Shown here: piece by piece, positions 1-15,559 of the stretch | How the letters are laid out: each line of letters opens with the position of its first letter | Position numbering within the stretch: the first letter of the stretch is position 1 | NCBI RefSeq assembly: GCF_009914755.1 | Contig: NC_060934.1 | Direction: 5' to 3' (one strand) | From: the human T2T-CHM13v2.0 reference genome, Homo sapiens | DNA: 64,000 nucleotides | Program-made: the position numbers and the translations under genes | The notes under the pieces: model-generated | The model's database searches: none | What the model was told of the DNA's origin: nothing | What the model saw: only the letters and a program-made list of their open reading frames with translations

Positions 1-1505
1 AGAAGCTCTTTAGTTTAATTAGATGCCATTTGTCAATTTTTGCTTTTTCTGCAATTGCTTTTGGTGTCTTTATCATGAAATCTTTGCTCATTTCTATGTC
101 CAGAATGGTATTGCCTAGGTTGTCTTCCAGGGTTATTATAGCTTCGGGTTTTACATTTAAGTCTTTAATCCATCTTGAGTTAATTTTTGTATATTGTGTA
201 AGGAAGAGTTTCAGATTCAATCTTCTGCATATGGCTAGCCAGTTATCCCAGCACTATTTATTGAATAGAGAATCCTTTCCTCATTGCTTGTTTTCATCAG
301 GTTTGTTGAAGATTGGATAGTTGTAGGTGGGTGGCCTTATTTCTGGCTTCTCTATTCTGTTCTATTGGTCTCTCTGTTTTTGTACCAGTACCGTGCTGTT
401 TTGGTTACTGTAGCCCTGTAATATAGTTTGAAGTTAGGTAGCATGATGCCTCCAGCTTTGTTCTTTTTGCTTAGGATTGCCTTGGCTCTTCAGGCTCTTT
501 TTTGGTTCTATATGAATTTTAAAATAGTTTTTTCTAGTTCTGTGAAGAATGTCAATGGTAGTTTAATAGGAATAGCATTGAATCTGTAAATTGCTTTGGG
601 CAATATGGCCATTTTAATGATATTGAGTTTTCCTATTCATGAGCATGGAATATTTTTCCATTTGTTTGTGTCATCTCTGATTTCTTTGAACAGTGTTTTA
701 TAGCTCTTCTTGTAGAGAAAGATCTTTCACCTCCCTGGTTAGCTGTATTCCTAGGTATTTTATTTTATTTTTTGGCAATTGTGAATGGGACTGCATTCCT
801 GATTTGGCCCTCAGCTTGACTGTTGTTGGTGTAAAGGAATGTTAGCGATTTTTGCATATTGATTTTGTATCCTGAGACTTTGCTGAAGTTGTTTATCAGC
901 TTAAGGAGCTTTTAGGCTGAGACTATGGGGTTTTCTAGATATAGGTTCTTATCATCAGCAAACAGGGAGACTTTGACTTCCTCTCTTCCTATTTGGATGC
1001 CTTTTATTTCTTTCTCTTGTCTGATTGCTCTGGCCAGGACTTTCAATATTATGTTGAATAGGAGTGGTGAGAGGGGGCATCCTTGTCTTGTGCCAGTTTT
1101 CAAGGGGAATGCTGCTTCCAGCTTTTCCCCATTCAGGCTGTGGGCTTGTCATAGGTGGCTCTTATTATTTTGAGGTATGTTCCTTCCATACCTAGGTTAT
1201 TGAGAATTTTTAACATGAAGGGATGTTGCATTTTATCAAAAGCCTTTTCTGCATATACTATAGATGATCATGTGGTTTTTGTCTTTAGTTCTGTTGATGT
1301 GATGAATTACATTTATTGATTTGCATATGTTGGACCAACCAAACTTGCATCCCAGAGATAAAGCCTATTTTGTTGAGGATTTTTGCATTGATGTTCTTCA
1401 AGGATGTTGGCCTGACGTTTTCTTTTTTTGTTGTGTCTCTGCCAGGTTTTGGCATCAGAATGATGCTGGCCTCATAGAATGAGTTAGGGAGGAGTCCTTC
1501 CTTCC
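1..1505 (-). mobile_element. LINE-1 (primate L1PA/PB-like) ORF2 RT-region fragment, disrupted
   Basis: Minus-strand peptides [16 protein letters not shown]...FADD and [25 protein letters not shown] are L1 ORF2. Confidence 0.95.
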
Positions 1506-2100
1506 CCTTTGTTCTTGAATGATATATTTTCACTGATATAAAATTTTGGGTTGAGAGTTCTTCTCCCTGAAAAATGTGTGCCAACTCCTTCTGGCCCCTG
1601 TAATTTCTAGTGGCATATCCATTGTTACTCAAATCATTCATTCGCTATAGATTATGTTTTGTTTCTCTCTAGCTGCTTTCAAGATTTTTTCATCATGATT
1701 GATTTAACGAAGTTTGATTACGATGTGTCTTGCTGTGTGTTTCTTTGGGTTTATCATGTTTAAAGTTTGCTCTGCTTCTTGAATCTGGAAGTTTGTGGCT
1801 TTCACCAAATTTGGGCAATTTTCAGCCATTATTTTTTTCAAGTACTTTCTCAGCCTTACTTTATTTTCTCTTCTAAAATAACAGTGATACCAATGTTATC
1901 TCTTTTGTTATTGTCTCACAGGTCCCTGATAATCTGTTCATTTCTTTTTAGTCTATTTTCTCTCTCATTCAGATTGGGTAATTTCTATTATTCTATTTTC
2001 AAATTTATTGATTCCTTGCTCTACCATATTCTTGCTGCTATTGAGCCATCTAGTGAGTTTTAAATTTATTTTTCAGTTCTAAAATTTCCATTTGATTCTT
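1506..2100 (-). mobile_element. Old L1M fragment (ORF1 region)
   Basis: T-rich L1-antisense-like sequence; degenerate resemblance to the ORF1 C-terminus. Confidence 0.65.
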
Positions 2101-2539
2101 TTTTATTCACCACCTGCATGACCTTGTGTAGTTTTTTAACCCCTCTAGACTTTAGTTTCCTGAATTATAATTAGCACTTACCCAAGTTTGCTGTGAGAGC
2201 CAAGGATATAAAGCTTAGCTCAGCATCTAGCAAAGCCTAAACATTTCAAAAATGTTAGTTCCCATTTAAAAATCATTTTTCTACATACTAATATCAAATA
2301 TTTCTGGTTTTCTGGTGTATGATTTTTATTGTATGGGGGTCAGTCCCACCTTACAGACACATTGATATTTTACAATGAAAGTCAGTGGGAAGTTAGATTC
2401 TCATTTTACCAGAGCAAAATTCTGCACTTCAGTGGAATATGTTTACTCATTCTTAATGTACCCATACATTAGGAACTTTAGCCTAAAATTTTAATTTAAC
2501 ATTTTGATATTTTATGATTTGTTTTAAGTATATTTTATG

Positions 2540-2650
2540 TGTTATACATATTATACAAATATATGCACATTTATACAGATATATGTATTATATATACATA
2601 TATAGATACATATATATATATACAGATGTATGTATTATGTATACATATAT
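2540..2650. repeat. (TA)n-rich low-complexity tract
   Basis: tatatatacatatatagata... tract. Confidence 0.8.
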
Positions 2651-3295
2651 AGTTGATTCTCATTATTCACAGTAGTTATGTTCTGTAAAGTCTCTGTGAA
2701 CATTGATTAGCAAATATGGAACCATTGTTCCTAGGAGAAATACAGGGTTAGGTTCCTACAAGCTTCTAGTCACAATATTTTAATAATCTGATCAACATAT
2801 AACCTTGTTTTATGTATGTTTGTTTAAAGAAACCTAATTCAATATATATTGTTGATTCATTTACTTTAAACTCATTGCCAAGAGGAATATAACTCATCCC
2901 TGAACAAAGCTTATGTAACACATGTGTTTTCTCCCTTCACAAGGCACATCACAGCTTAGGAACAGCAGAGAGCACTTCAGCACTACATTTGAAGTCATTT
3001 TAAACAGCAAAATCATCAACAAAAAGCACAAACCTGTGAAAAACATAGCACTAAATATATTGTGAAAAGGCCACTTGCTTATAATGTGAGAATTGAAACA
3101 AGAAGACAGAATAATACTTTGTTTGATCTTAGCTGGGAATGTGCATGTTGCATGACTCGAATTTCTCACTGTCCTCTGCATGTCTGTGAATGACTGACCA
3201 CAAAAGCACAGTAAATTGATTCGAGGGTTACAAATAAAACTTAGCAAGTAGGTATATTTGTAAGAATGGAATGTATGAATAATGAAGATCAGCTC
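2650..3295 (+). mobile_element. MER82-like TcMar-Tigger DNA transposon
   Basis: TIRs agttgattctcattattca / tgaataatgaagatcagct, TA flanks, ~650 bp. Confidence 0.8.
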
Positions 3296-3299
3296 TACA

Positions 3300-3300
<1 letters not shown>

Positions 3301-3331
<31 letters not shown>
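3301..3331. repeat. (CA)n microsatellite
   Basis: Direct reading. Confidence 0.95.
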
Positions 3332-3334
<3 letters not shown>

Positions 3335-3479
3335 CTACATATATACATTTTCTTAATTATCGACATTCTAGGTAGATGAAACAGATTTGGGTCTTTACTT
3401 GGGCATATAATATGGTGCTGTGATGGGGAAAAATTTTAGACTTGCAAAGGCACATTAATTTTACAAACTACACTTTATC

Positions 3480-5462
<1,983 letters not shown>

Positions 5463-5783
5463 ATATTTTCTGACCTCTTTACTCTTTATTATTTACTCAT
5501 TCCTTTTTGCAGAACTATGCTTTTAAGATTATATATATCTATATAGCTCTTTCTCTATATCTATCTATATATACACATATATATATTTGAGGTTCTGAAA
5601 GTATAAGTATACATATAGGCATATATTTTTACATTTCTTATAGTGCAGTACTGCTGGAGTCCAGCATCTACTTCTTCATTTTATAACTTGGATTAGATCT
5701 CAGTTAACTAACCTATACCATGCCTCTTATTTTGTCAAAGAGAATGTTTATTTTTAAACCTTAAGCTTTCTGATGAATCATAA

Positions 5784-6735
<952 letters not shown>

Positions 6736-6749
6736 TTCATGGTTACTGA

Positions 6750-7160
6750 AGTATATCTTACATGTAATAAAATGCACGGATCTTAAGCATCGAGTTCAAT
6801 GAATTTTGGTAATTGTTTAGACCCCTGCATCAACTGCCTGATGTCAGGTACAGAACATTGTTTTCACTCTGTAAACTTCCCTTGCGTGCCTTTCAAGTCA
6901 ATCCTCACACATAGTTTTTCCTGTTCTGTGAAGGCACATAAGTGGAATTATACTATTTGTGTATTTGGCTTCTTCAACTCAAATAAAACTTTCAGATTCA
7001 TCCATATTGTTGATGTACCACGTGTATGTTCTTTTTTATTGCTGAGTTGTATTTCACTGTATGGATATACTACAGTTTCTTTATCCCTCACCCATTGTTG
7101 GACATTTCTAAGTGTGTGGCTATTATAAATGAAGATGACATGAACATTCTTGTATACAGC
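6750..7160 (-). mobile_element. Old L1M 3' end fragment
   Basis: ttcatccatattgtt...ttttattgctgagt...ggacattt motifs. Confidence 0.7.
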
Positions 7161-7319
7161 TTCAAATGTTATTGTGGTATCTTTGGAATATTTTTGTATT
7201 ATTAGAATCCAGTGTTTCCAAATTGTTTCAGTGCTCAAAGACCTTTGAAATTTACCTCTCTACATGGTAAAGATTTACTATTACAAGCTTTTTGGGATTA
7301 AGGAAGCAATAATTTATAG

Positions 7320-7832
7320 CAGGGGGTTCCCAACCCTGGGCCATGGATCAGTACCAGTCTGTGGCCTGTTAGGAACTGGGGCACACAGCAGGAGGTGAGT
7401 GGTGGGAGAGCAAGCGAAGCTTCATCTGTATTTACAGCTGCTGCCTGCTGCTCACATTACTACCTGAGCTCTGCCTCCTGTCAGATAGTGGCAGCATTAG
7501 ATTCTCATAAGAGTGTGAACCCCATTGTGAACTGTGCATGCAACGGATCTAGGTTGTGCACTCCTTATGAGAATTTAATGCCTTATGATCTGTCACTGTC
7601 TCCCATCACCCCTAGATGGGACTGTCTAGTAGCAGGAAAACAAGCTCAGGACTCCCACTGATTCTACCTTATGGTGAGTACCTTATAATTGTTTCATTAT
7701 ATACTTCAATGTAATAATAATAAAGTGCACAATAAATGTAATGTGCTTGGATCATCCCAAAATCATCCCCCTCTGTGGGAAAATTGTCTTTATGAAACTG
7801 GTCCCTGGTGCCAAAAAGGTTGGGGACCACTG
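7320..7832 (+). mobile_element. MER1A hAT-Charlie DNA transposon
   Basis: TIRs cagggggttcccaacc / ggttggggaccactg; 8-bp TSD ATTTATAG at 7312-7319 and 7833-7840. Confidence 0.9.
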
Positions 7833-8800
7833 ATTTATAGGATCCACTAGAAAGGATGGAATGGTGTCTTACCAAGAAAACCAAAATCTCTATCATTCAT
7901 CATTTCACTTACATAAATGCTCAGTATGAAAAATTATAGAGATGGCTAAGATTTTAAAAAATGGAAATGGAAATTTCCCCTCAAAACCAATTTCTCCTCT
8001 GCAGCCTTCTTCAAATCTCATCCCCTGGAGGTCAGAAAAAAGGATGGGTTAGAATTCCAAATTTCTTGGTGTGTGTGCAGGAGGAAGAGGATAGTATTGT
8101 TGGAAAGTGGAAGTTCATTATTGACTACAAACTACAAGTCTGGGTTCAGTAATAACACTTATATCCTTTCTAGATAACCCAACCCCAAGATATTGCTGCT
8201 GTTACCAAAGAGGGAGTGAAGGTCTCTGAAAATGTAGGAGTCCCTTTAGTAGATGGGGAGAAATGGGTTAAAGATTTTTAAAAATTGCACAGACAGTAGT
8301 TGTTTGCTCTTTGGTTACAGGTGAATTATCTCTATCCTAGTTAGGAGTGGAGGACTGAAGTATGTCTCAATGCACAAACTAAGGCTGTGCAGGCTTGGAA
8401 AGAAATTTTCTTTTGTAATAAAAGGCTAGGCCCCTTGCTATAGACATGAGTGATTAGTTACAATAGGTTATTGGGGGTATCATCCAGGTAATGAAATGTT
8501 CAACAAGAAGATTATAAAGGTAACTAGATTTGCCCCATGGATTTTGCCCAGTGGTTTTGAAGGCAAAACAAGATTAATTTGAATATGTAAGGAAGAAAAA
8601 TAACTTGGGATTGATGAGGGGCTGATTTTTTACATTTATAAAAGCCTGATGGTGTCAACTACAAATTTAAAATCTGTATTGGGTATACACAGAACAATCT
8701 CTAGTGTGGCACCAGATTAATGGGGGTACCTTGAAAAATCAGGTCAGAATAAAGTGACAGAAATTATAAAACATACATGATAATGATAATAAACAAGACA

Positions 8801-8806
8801 TTTATT
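8801..8806 (-). terminator. ZNF32: ZNF32 polyadenylation signal AATAAA
   Basis: Plus-strand TTTATT about 160 nt downstream of the stop codon, followed by T/GT-rich sequence on the minus strand. Confidence 0.8.
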
Positions 8807-8968
8807 TTTCATACTCTTTTGGGGGAAAGGAAAAAAATCAGTTTGCCCTACCCAATGATGGTCTTTCTGAAAGATTCTCCATTCATTCCATAGAACTGGA
8901 TAGGTTGCTTCATCTCAGAGGATTTTGTACTCTTAATTCATAAAGAGAACTTCTCTTCAGGAAAGTGG

Positions 8969-9720
8969 TCAAAGGGTGAGCCTCTGTGAGCAGCTTCGCT
9001 GGTGCACAGCCAGACTCCCTCTCTGGGTGAAGCTTTTTCCACACTGGCCGCACAGATAGGGTGTCTCTCCTGTGTGGATTTTGCCATGCAGAATACAATT
9101 CCCCCTGGTGTGGAAACTCTTCCTGCACTGGGTACAGGCATAGGGCTTCAGGCCTGTGTGGACTCTGATGTGAACAATTAAGCTTCCTTTCTGACTGAAG
9201 GCTTTTCCACACTGATCACATCTATAGGGCTTCTCACCACTGTGAACTCTCCTGTGAACAGCAAGGTTACTCTGATTCCTGAAGCTTCTCTGACAAATAG
9301 CACACTCGTAGGGTTTCTGTCCAGTGTGGAGTCTCTCGTGGACAGCGAGACTACCTCGTTGACTGAAGCTTTTCCCACACTCCTTGCACTGATAAGGCTT
9401 CTCTCCCGTGTGTATCCGTTGATGTGTAACAAGATTGCCTTTGGCCCTGAAGCTTTTTCCACAGTGGGTGCACTCAAAAGGCTTTTGACCAGTGTGGATT
9501 CTCTCATGTAACGTTAGACTACCTTTTTGCCGGAAGGATTTTCCACACTCCTGGCACTCATAGACCCTTTGTCTCACTCCAGGTGAATCTTCCTGTAGTG
9601 TCTTCGAATCTGGGGATTTTTGTTCCAGCTTCTCTCTTCTGAAAGAATTTTGGATATCCCAGCTTGAGGATCCTGTAGCCTCAGAGTGGTCATATTTGTG
9701 GTGGGCTTCAGTCATCACAT
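8969..9720 (-). CDS. ZNF32: ZNF32 coding exon 3 (last exon): N-terminal linker, six C2H2 fingers and one terminal C2HC finger
   Basis: ORF 8969-9718 has TGEKPY-linked C2H2 repeats. Acceptor ttccctctcattttatcAG|ATGTG at 9721/9720; stop TGA at 8971-8969. With exon 2, 70+752 nt = 273 aa + stop. Confidence 0.97.
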
Positions 9721-10982
9721 CTGATAAAATGAGAGGGAAGTCATATAAGAAGCACCAATAATGCTGAGTTAGAATAGGGAAAAAGAAACATAATACTTTG
9801 AGTGCTTATGATGTGCCAGGCCTTATTCTTTGCATAGACAATGCAATCCTGAAAACAATGCCATGAGAGTGATACAGATAATGGGAGCAAAGGGAGCCTG
9901 TCAAAGGTCACAGAGCTAGGTAAGTTAGAGCTGACTCAAATAGGCATTCTCCATAGCAGTGTACTGCCTCTAAATTTAATTTAGGCCAACAAATAACCTT
10001 GTAAGATAGACATGGTTTTCTCTATTTTACAGGTCAGAAAACAGGCTCAGAAAATTTAGAAAACTATACAGAATCACACAGAGCCCCATACCCAACTTTT
10101 ATCTGACTCCAAAACAGGTGTGGATCCAGGCTATATAAGGCCTAAAACTTTCCCATTTTAGAGGCACCCTTTTAAGAAAATGTATAAAATTAAGCACAGG
10201 GTCTTGGAGAGACCAATCCAAGTGAGGGGTCCTAAAACTGAAGCTGCATTTGCTTCTTCAGAAATCCACCTCTGTCCAATCTGTTCTGACAATAGAATAA
10301 GCACCATGACCTCAGAAAATATGTAGCACAATCCTGGGTACTTTACATCTATCATTGCTAATCCCTGCAACCCTACAAGATAGAACTTATTGTCCTATTT
10401 TACAGACGAACCTGGAGCTTAAGGAAGTTAAATAACCTGTCTGATACTGCAGATCTAGCCATGGCAATTATAGAATCTGATCCAAGGAATTTTTCCCATT
10501 AAAATCCTTGCTATTTTCAGTCTACTAAGCTATGGCAAAACTGAAATCAATTTTGGTTTGGAAGTTATTCTCTATGCAGATATTGACTTTTTTTTTTCCG
10601 AATACTGCCCTGCATCTGAGCCTCCTGGTGCACTTTAAATATGGGTCCATTCATCACCATTAACAGTTTTCTTGGTGTCTGTCACTCCAGGGTAATCTTC
10701 TCCTTGTTCCCTTGCCTTATTCAGAGACAGTGCTGAGATTTAAGCTGCTCATTCATTCTCAGAGACTACTTCAACGCTACCTCCATATCAAGATGGTTCT
10801 CTTGCTCTGTTTCTACTATTACTTCTAACTCCAGCTCACAGGCTTTTCTTATAACCCTAGGAACAGCAAGCTCTACCAAAGCAAGGTCTCCTCTGCTTCC
10901 TCAGACTGCCGACCAGTGCTGAGAACAGGGACACTGAATATCTGTGAGCTGAGCGCATCCAGCCATCAACTGACTCACTCAC

Positions 10983-11052
10983 TGAAGAACGCTACATTCT
11001 GGGCATATCTTCCATGACAGTCCAGCAGGGTAGCTGTTGGAAATCCAAACAT
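10983..11052 (-). CDS. ZNF32: ZNF32 coding part of exon 2 (MFGFPTATLLDCHGRYAQNVAFF, phase 1). The full exon spans 10983-11121.
   Basis: ATG at 11052; donor TTCA|GTGAGT at 10983/10982; acceptor ttctccctcAG|GTGCTC at 11122/11121. Joins exon 3 in frame (A|AT = Asn) and matches the ZNF32 N-terminus as I recall it. Confidence 0.93.
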
Positions 11053-11984
11053 GTCCACTCCTGCTTACGACCTCAGTCACCACCTCTTCATATGATTCTT
11101 CCATGGGCTGTTCCTGAGCACCTGAGGGAGAAAAACAAACAGAAACAAACAGGAAAGGGCAGAATAATTGATATGTGAGAAGGAAAAAGTCAACAGTTGT
11201 TGAGACATAAGTGAATGTAAGAAACCTAGATTGTTTGACATAATGTCAGTTACTAAAATATCACTGCAAAATGGGCCCAAAGGTACCAGGACCACACACA
11301 AATGAGTCTAGGAGGAAGCAGGATGTGGGAAAGCAGAGAACACATAAACATATATCTCTTCCTGCCAATCCCAAGTTAATAGTCACTCCTGTTTACACTT
11401 TGGTCTTGGCATGTAATTGGGATCTTCCATTTTGGTTCCCCACCTAACCACCTACTACTTTCTTCCCTCCAAGCCCCAGAGGAATTCAGAATCTAAGAAA
11501 ACAACATTTCAGCCTTCATGATTGGTTGGAGCCAATCAGCTCTCCAGTTATCTGTAGTTACAAAGACTTAACAAGAGAGTCCATTTGTTACCACTGAACA
11601 ATTCTTAGGAGGCTCCAGACCCAGACTCGCCTTTCTCTTGCTCTTGAAGATACAAGAATACCAGTTCTGACCAAGTGTAAACACTTGTCAATTCTTGGAA
11701 AAGAAAGACCTACTCTGGACTCCAAGCCCAAGGCACTCCAACTAGGTTAAGTAACTTGCCCAAAAACCCACAGAAAATAAGGAGTCAAAGTGGAGCAAAG
11801 GTTCAAATCCAAGACTTTCTGGATCCAAAATGTATGCTCTTACATTAGACAGTTGTCTAGTTCCTAATCACTAAAGAGCTGGTCAGAATGCTTATAAAAT
11901 TGAACAGAAAGGAAGAGAGTTTGACCAGATTGAAGTGCTCTTTCAGATCCTAGGAATCCTCTTGTATGTGCTCTAAATTATTTT

Positions 11985-12293
11985 TTAATTTTTTTAAAAT
12001 TCTGAGTCAAGATTTTGCTCTGTTGCCCAGGCTGGAGTACAGTGACTCAATTATAGCTTGCTGTGACTTTGAACTCCTGGACTCAACGGATCCTCCCACT
12101 TCAGCCTCCCAAATAACTAGGACTACAGGTAAGCACCACCAAGCCTGGCTAATTTTTAAAAATTATTTTAACTTTTTTTTGTAGAGATCGGGTCTCATTA
12201 TCCTGCCCAGGCTGGTCTCCAACTCTTGGCCTGAAGTGACCCTCCTGCCTCGGCCTCCCAAGACATGTAGGCATGAGCTACTACACCTGGCCC
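11985..12293 (-). mobile_element. AluJ in ZNF32 intron 1
   Basis: Diverged Alu consensus. Confidence 0.9.
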
Positions 12294-13720
12294 ACATGAT
12301 CTATTTTTTAAAAAAAATATTTCTTCTTACTTCAGGATCCTAATTACTGAATTCTTATACTTTTAAGAAATGCAGTGGTTCAATGCATACTCCTTGTTTC
12401 CCTCTAATTTGTCCTATCAAAATGCTGGCCTTCTGATTTAATGAAATAATAGTATGATGCTACCATTCTTTGTTTTGTCAACCTAAGCACCTGGTTCTTC
12501 TTGACAACTGCACATTCTGCTACATGCTGTGATGACCAGGAGAATCATTTAAATTTTTATTTGGAGGACTCACTTCCAACTTGGAACACAAGCTGCAAAG
12601 GAATTCCCTACCAGCATGCCAGCACATCATTTGGAAGTTCAAGGTATTCTTGCTCAACAGCTGCACACACATTAAAAGTCCCTGGGGTACATGGCGCCTG
12701 CTGCCTGGGGTTGGACTCTGTCGCCGGGGATTCCAGAAATTAGAGTAGAATTCACAGCTCTGCCTCTCCACCTGCTGTGAGGTCTTCAAGTTACAACTCC
12801 GCCGCCTATCAGGGACCTCCGTGATTAGTAAGGGAGAAATTGTCATATTTTTCTCCCTAGATCACAGGTCTGAGGAAGCAGTTTCCCCAAGATTTTGTAA
12901 AAGTGGCTTTATAATTAAAAACATTGATTTTCCTATTAGAAAGGCTACTATATCCTTTGGAAAAAGCTTAGAAGTAGTCCGTGAGTCTTGGCTTCTTGCC
13001 GTGGCTCCCCCAGGATATGATCTTGGGCGAGTAACCCAGCAGCCCTGACTCTGCTTCCCCACTTATTAAACAGGTTACTAACACTGTCCTATCAGGTAGG
13101 ACAATGAGAAGGAAAGAACCAAACAAGAGGAGTATCAGACGAGACCACCAGACTTAAGATCTAAAATCCGGCGTCCTCTGGAGGGCGGATGAGAAGAGGG
13201 GTACACTTGGCGGTCTGGAAAATGTCCTGGGGCCAGTTTCAGGTTTAGGAGCTTGTGGGTAGCGTGGTTTCCCACACGCTGCCTGGCTTCCTACTCTCCC
13301 CCGCAGGGGCTGCCTCTCCTCCCACCCCGGAAGGCCGGCACCGGCTTCCCGCACTCGCTGAAGCCCGCACGGAGGCCGGGTGAGCCTGCCGCGGCCTCCC
13401 CCTCCCACGCCCCGACGCCATGGGCCCTGCTCCTCTCCGCAGACGCTGCCCTCCCGCCTCAGGCCCCGGGCCCCGGGCACCGGGCCCGCCCTGCGTCCTG
13501 AACCTCGGCATCCCGCTCTCCGGTCCACGGGACCCTGCTCTGCGGACCGCCGACCTCTCCGCTCGCGGCTGGCCTCCCTCGGGGCCCGGGCCGGCCAGGC
13601 CTGCTCATTTCCTTGGCGGCCGCTGGCATAAGGCGGCCACACGGAGGGCCCGGGACAGCGGTCTGATGGCGCAGCCCCGCCTTGCCCCGGCGCTCTGACC
13701 CGGCCAGCGGCCTCACTCAC

Positions 13721-13800
13721 CGCAGCGGCGCGTGCCCGCAGACAAAGGCCGGCGCCGAGCCCGCAGCAGCGCCAGCGCCGGCGCCGGCGGAATGGACTAC
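13721..13800 (-). other. ZNF32: ZNF32 non-coding exon 1 (5' end approximate)
   Basis: Consensus donor GCG|GTGAGT at 13721/13720 inside the CpG island; no ATG in the exon. Confidence 0.7.
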
Positions 13801-13888
13801 AACTCCCAGGAGTCTCCCCGCGAGCCCGCCCGCCGGGCCGTGGGTCTCGGCGGCCCCGGCTTCCCAAGAGCTCTGTGGGAAATGTAGT
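13796..13888. promoter_or_regulatory. Two oppositely oriented ACTACAnnTCCCA (ZNF143/THAP11-type) motifs
   Basis: ACTACAACTCCCAG at 13796-13809 (+) and TGGGAAATGTAGT at 13876-13888 (= ACTACATTTCCCA on -). Confidence 0.75.
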
Positions 13889-14271
13889 TCTCTGGCGCGC
13901 CCTGCGCTCGGGCCCCGCAGGTCCCTAGGGCGCGGGGACCTCAAGCCGTCCCGTTTGGACTGGTAATCCGGAGACTCACAGCGGTGACCTGTCAGCGGAC
14001 GCGGAGCCGGGACGGAGCCACGGCCGCTCAGATTAGCAGGATCTGATTGACAGCATCGGGGTAGCAGACGCTGAGCCAGGGACTCAGGAATACAGGGTTC
14101 TTGCAGGGCGTCGCGGAAGGAAACGAAGTTTTTGGGAGAAATCCGTTTGATAAAGCCTTGGCGGCTTCGAGGTCATGTGTTGAGCCTCTGGCTGCATGAA
14201 CAAAAGCGAAGCCCGCTTTCATGGAGCTTCTGTGAAGAGCAACAGGAACACAGGCAGTCCAGTCGTCCTGA

Positions 14272-14540
<269 letters not shown>

Positions 14541-15559
14541 CTGATATGCCTTAAGCCTCTTTTAAACGCACTTTTCCAGGATCGGGGCCACATCCTGGAG
14601 CTGTTCTGCCTGGCCGGGTGTATCTCTGGGTCCCTGCCTCTGGAGCCCCTCTCCGTAGATGTGTCTGTCCATCCTCTTTCGTGAAGGACTAATAAAGAAT
14701 GCTTCCTCTTGCTATGTTCTTGTTCTCTACCCCAAAGCCACAGATTTGTTAAATCAAACAACTTAATTTCACTCAATATGCAAAGGTGTCGTGTAAGTAA
14801 TAAGTTGATTCCTAAATGTTAGCTTTTACTATTGCACATCATTTCTGAATTTCATTCAACATTTATCCGTTGAATCCATTTTAAGTGCTGACACTGGGGA
14901 TACGAATGTGAGCAAGACACACTCCGTGCTCCTAGGGAGGAGCTGACAGTCTGGTGGAGCAAACAAACACCACCTTCCTCACATGGGGGTCGGGGTGTTG
15001 CACAGCTAAGTCCCAGAGTGTGTGGTGCAAACTGTCCTGAAGCTCCCCATTCCTGAACTGCCCCAGGTGGCTCCTCTCCTCACTCCTCCCAAGTCTGAGA
15101 AAGGGGTGGAGGGCGGCACACAGCAAAGGCCAAGGCTCAGAGTCCTAAGGCTGCGGCCTCTGCTTCACACAAGGGTACATAGGTTCTGTTAAGGTCAAGA
15201 CCGGCTGTGGACACTAGGACAAGTTTCAGATCCTGCCGTGAAGGTACATGACAAAGCATTGGTGGGAAAAGGTGGCTGTGAGGGGGGACCATCGGCACTT
15301 TTATAGATCTGCATAAATTCCCTTAAGGCGTCTCAGGAAAGTGGACACATTGAAGGGCCCAAAGCAGGGGAGAAAGCTGTTAGGATTGGGGTTGATGTGA
15401 CCCCAGCCTCCATAGACAGACTGCCCAGCTGCAAAATGGGGCACATCCTCACCCACCACCTGCATCTTAAGGCAAATACTCAACAAAAGGGAGGGTGTGG
15501 GGTGAGGGTGAAAGGGAAATCATCCGCAGTGTAGATTTGAAAAATTACCAAAGAACAAT

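Larger units (their letters stand above)
13160..14130. promoter_or_regulatory. CpG-island promoter of ZNF32
   Basis: Very GC- and CpG-dense stretch overlapping exon 1. Confidence 0.92.

Noticed and set aside
9178-9511. Overlapping alternative-frame and antisense ORFs in ZNF32 exon 3
   Set aside because: Common by-product of zinc-finger codon periodicity.
12580-12850. Faint resemblance to a decayed SCAN domain (QFL, VVT..EDL, VEQ..LP..W)
   Set aside because: Motif order and spacing are inconsistent and need several frameshifts; not supportable without an HMM search.
13154-13966. Long Arg/Gly/Pro/Ala ORFs over the ZNF32 promoter (also at 32.0-33.0 kb and 54-55.7 kb)
   Set aside because: Stop-codon depletion in GC-rich CpG islands; no domain content.
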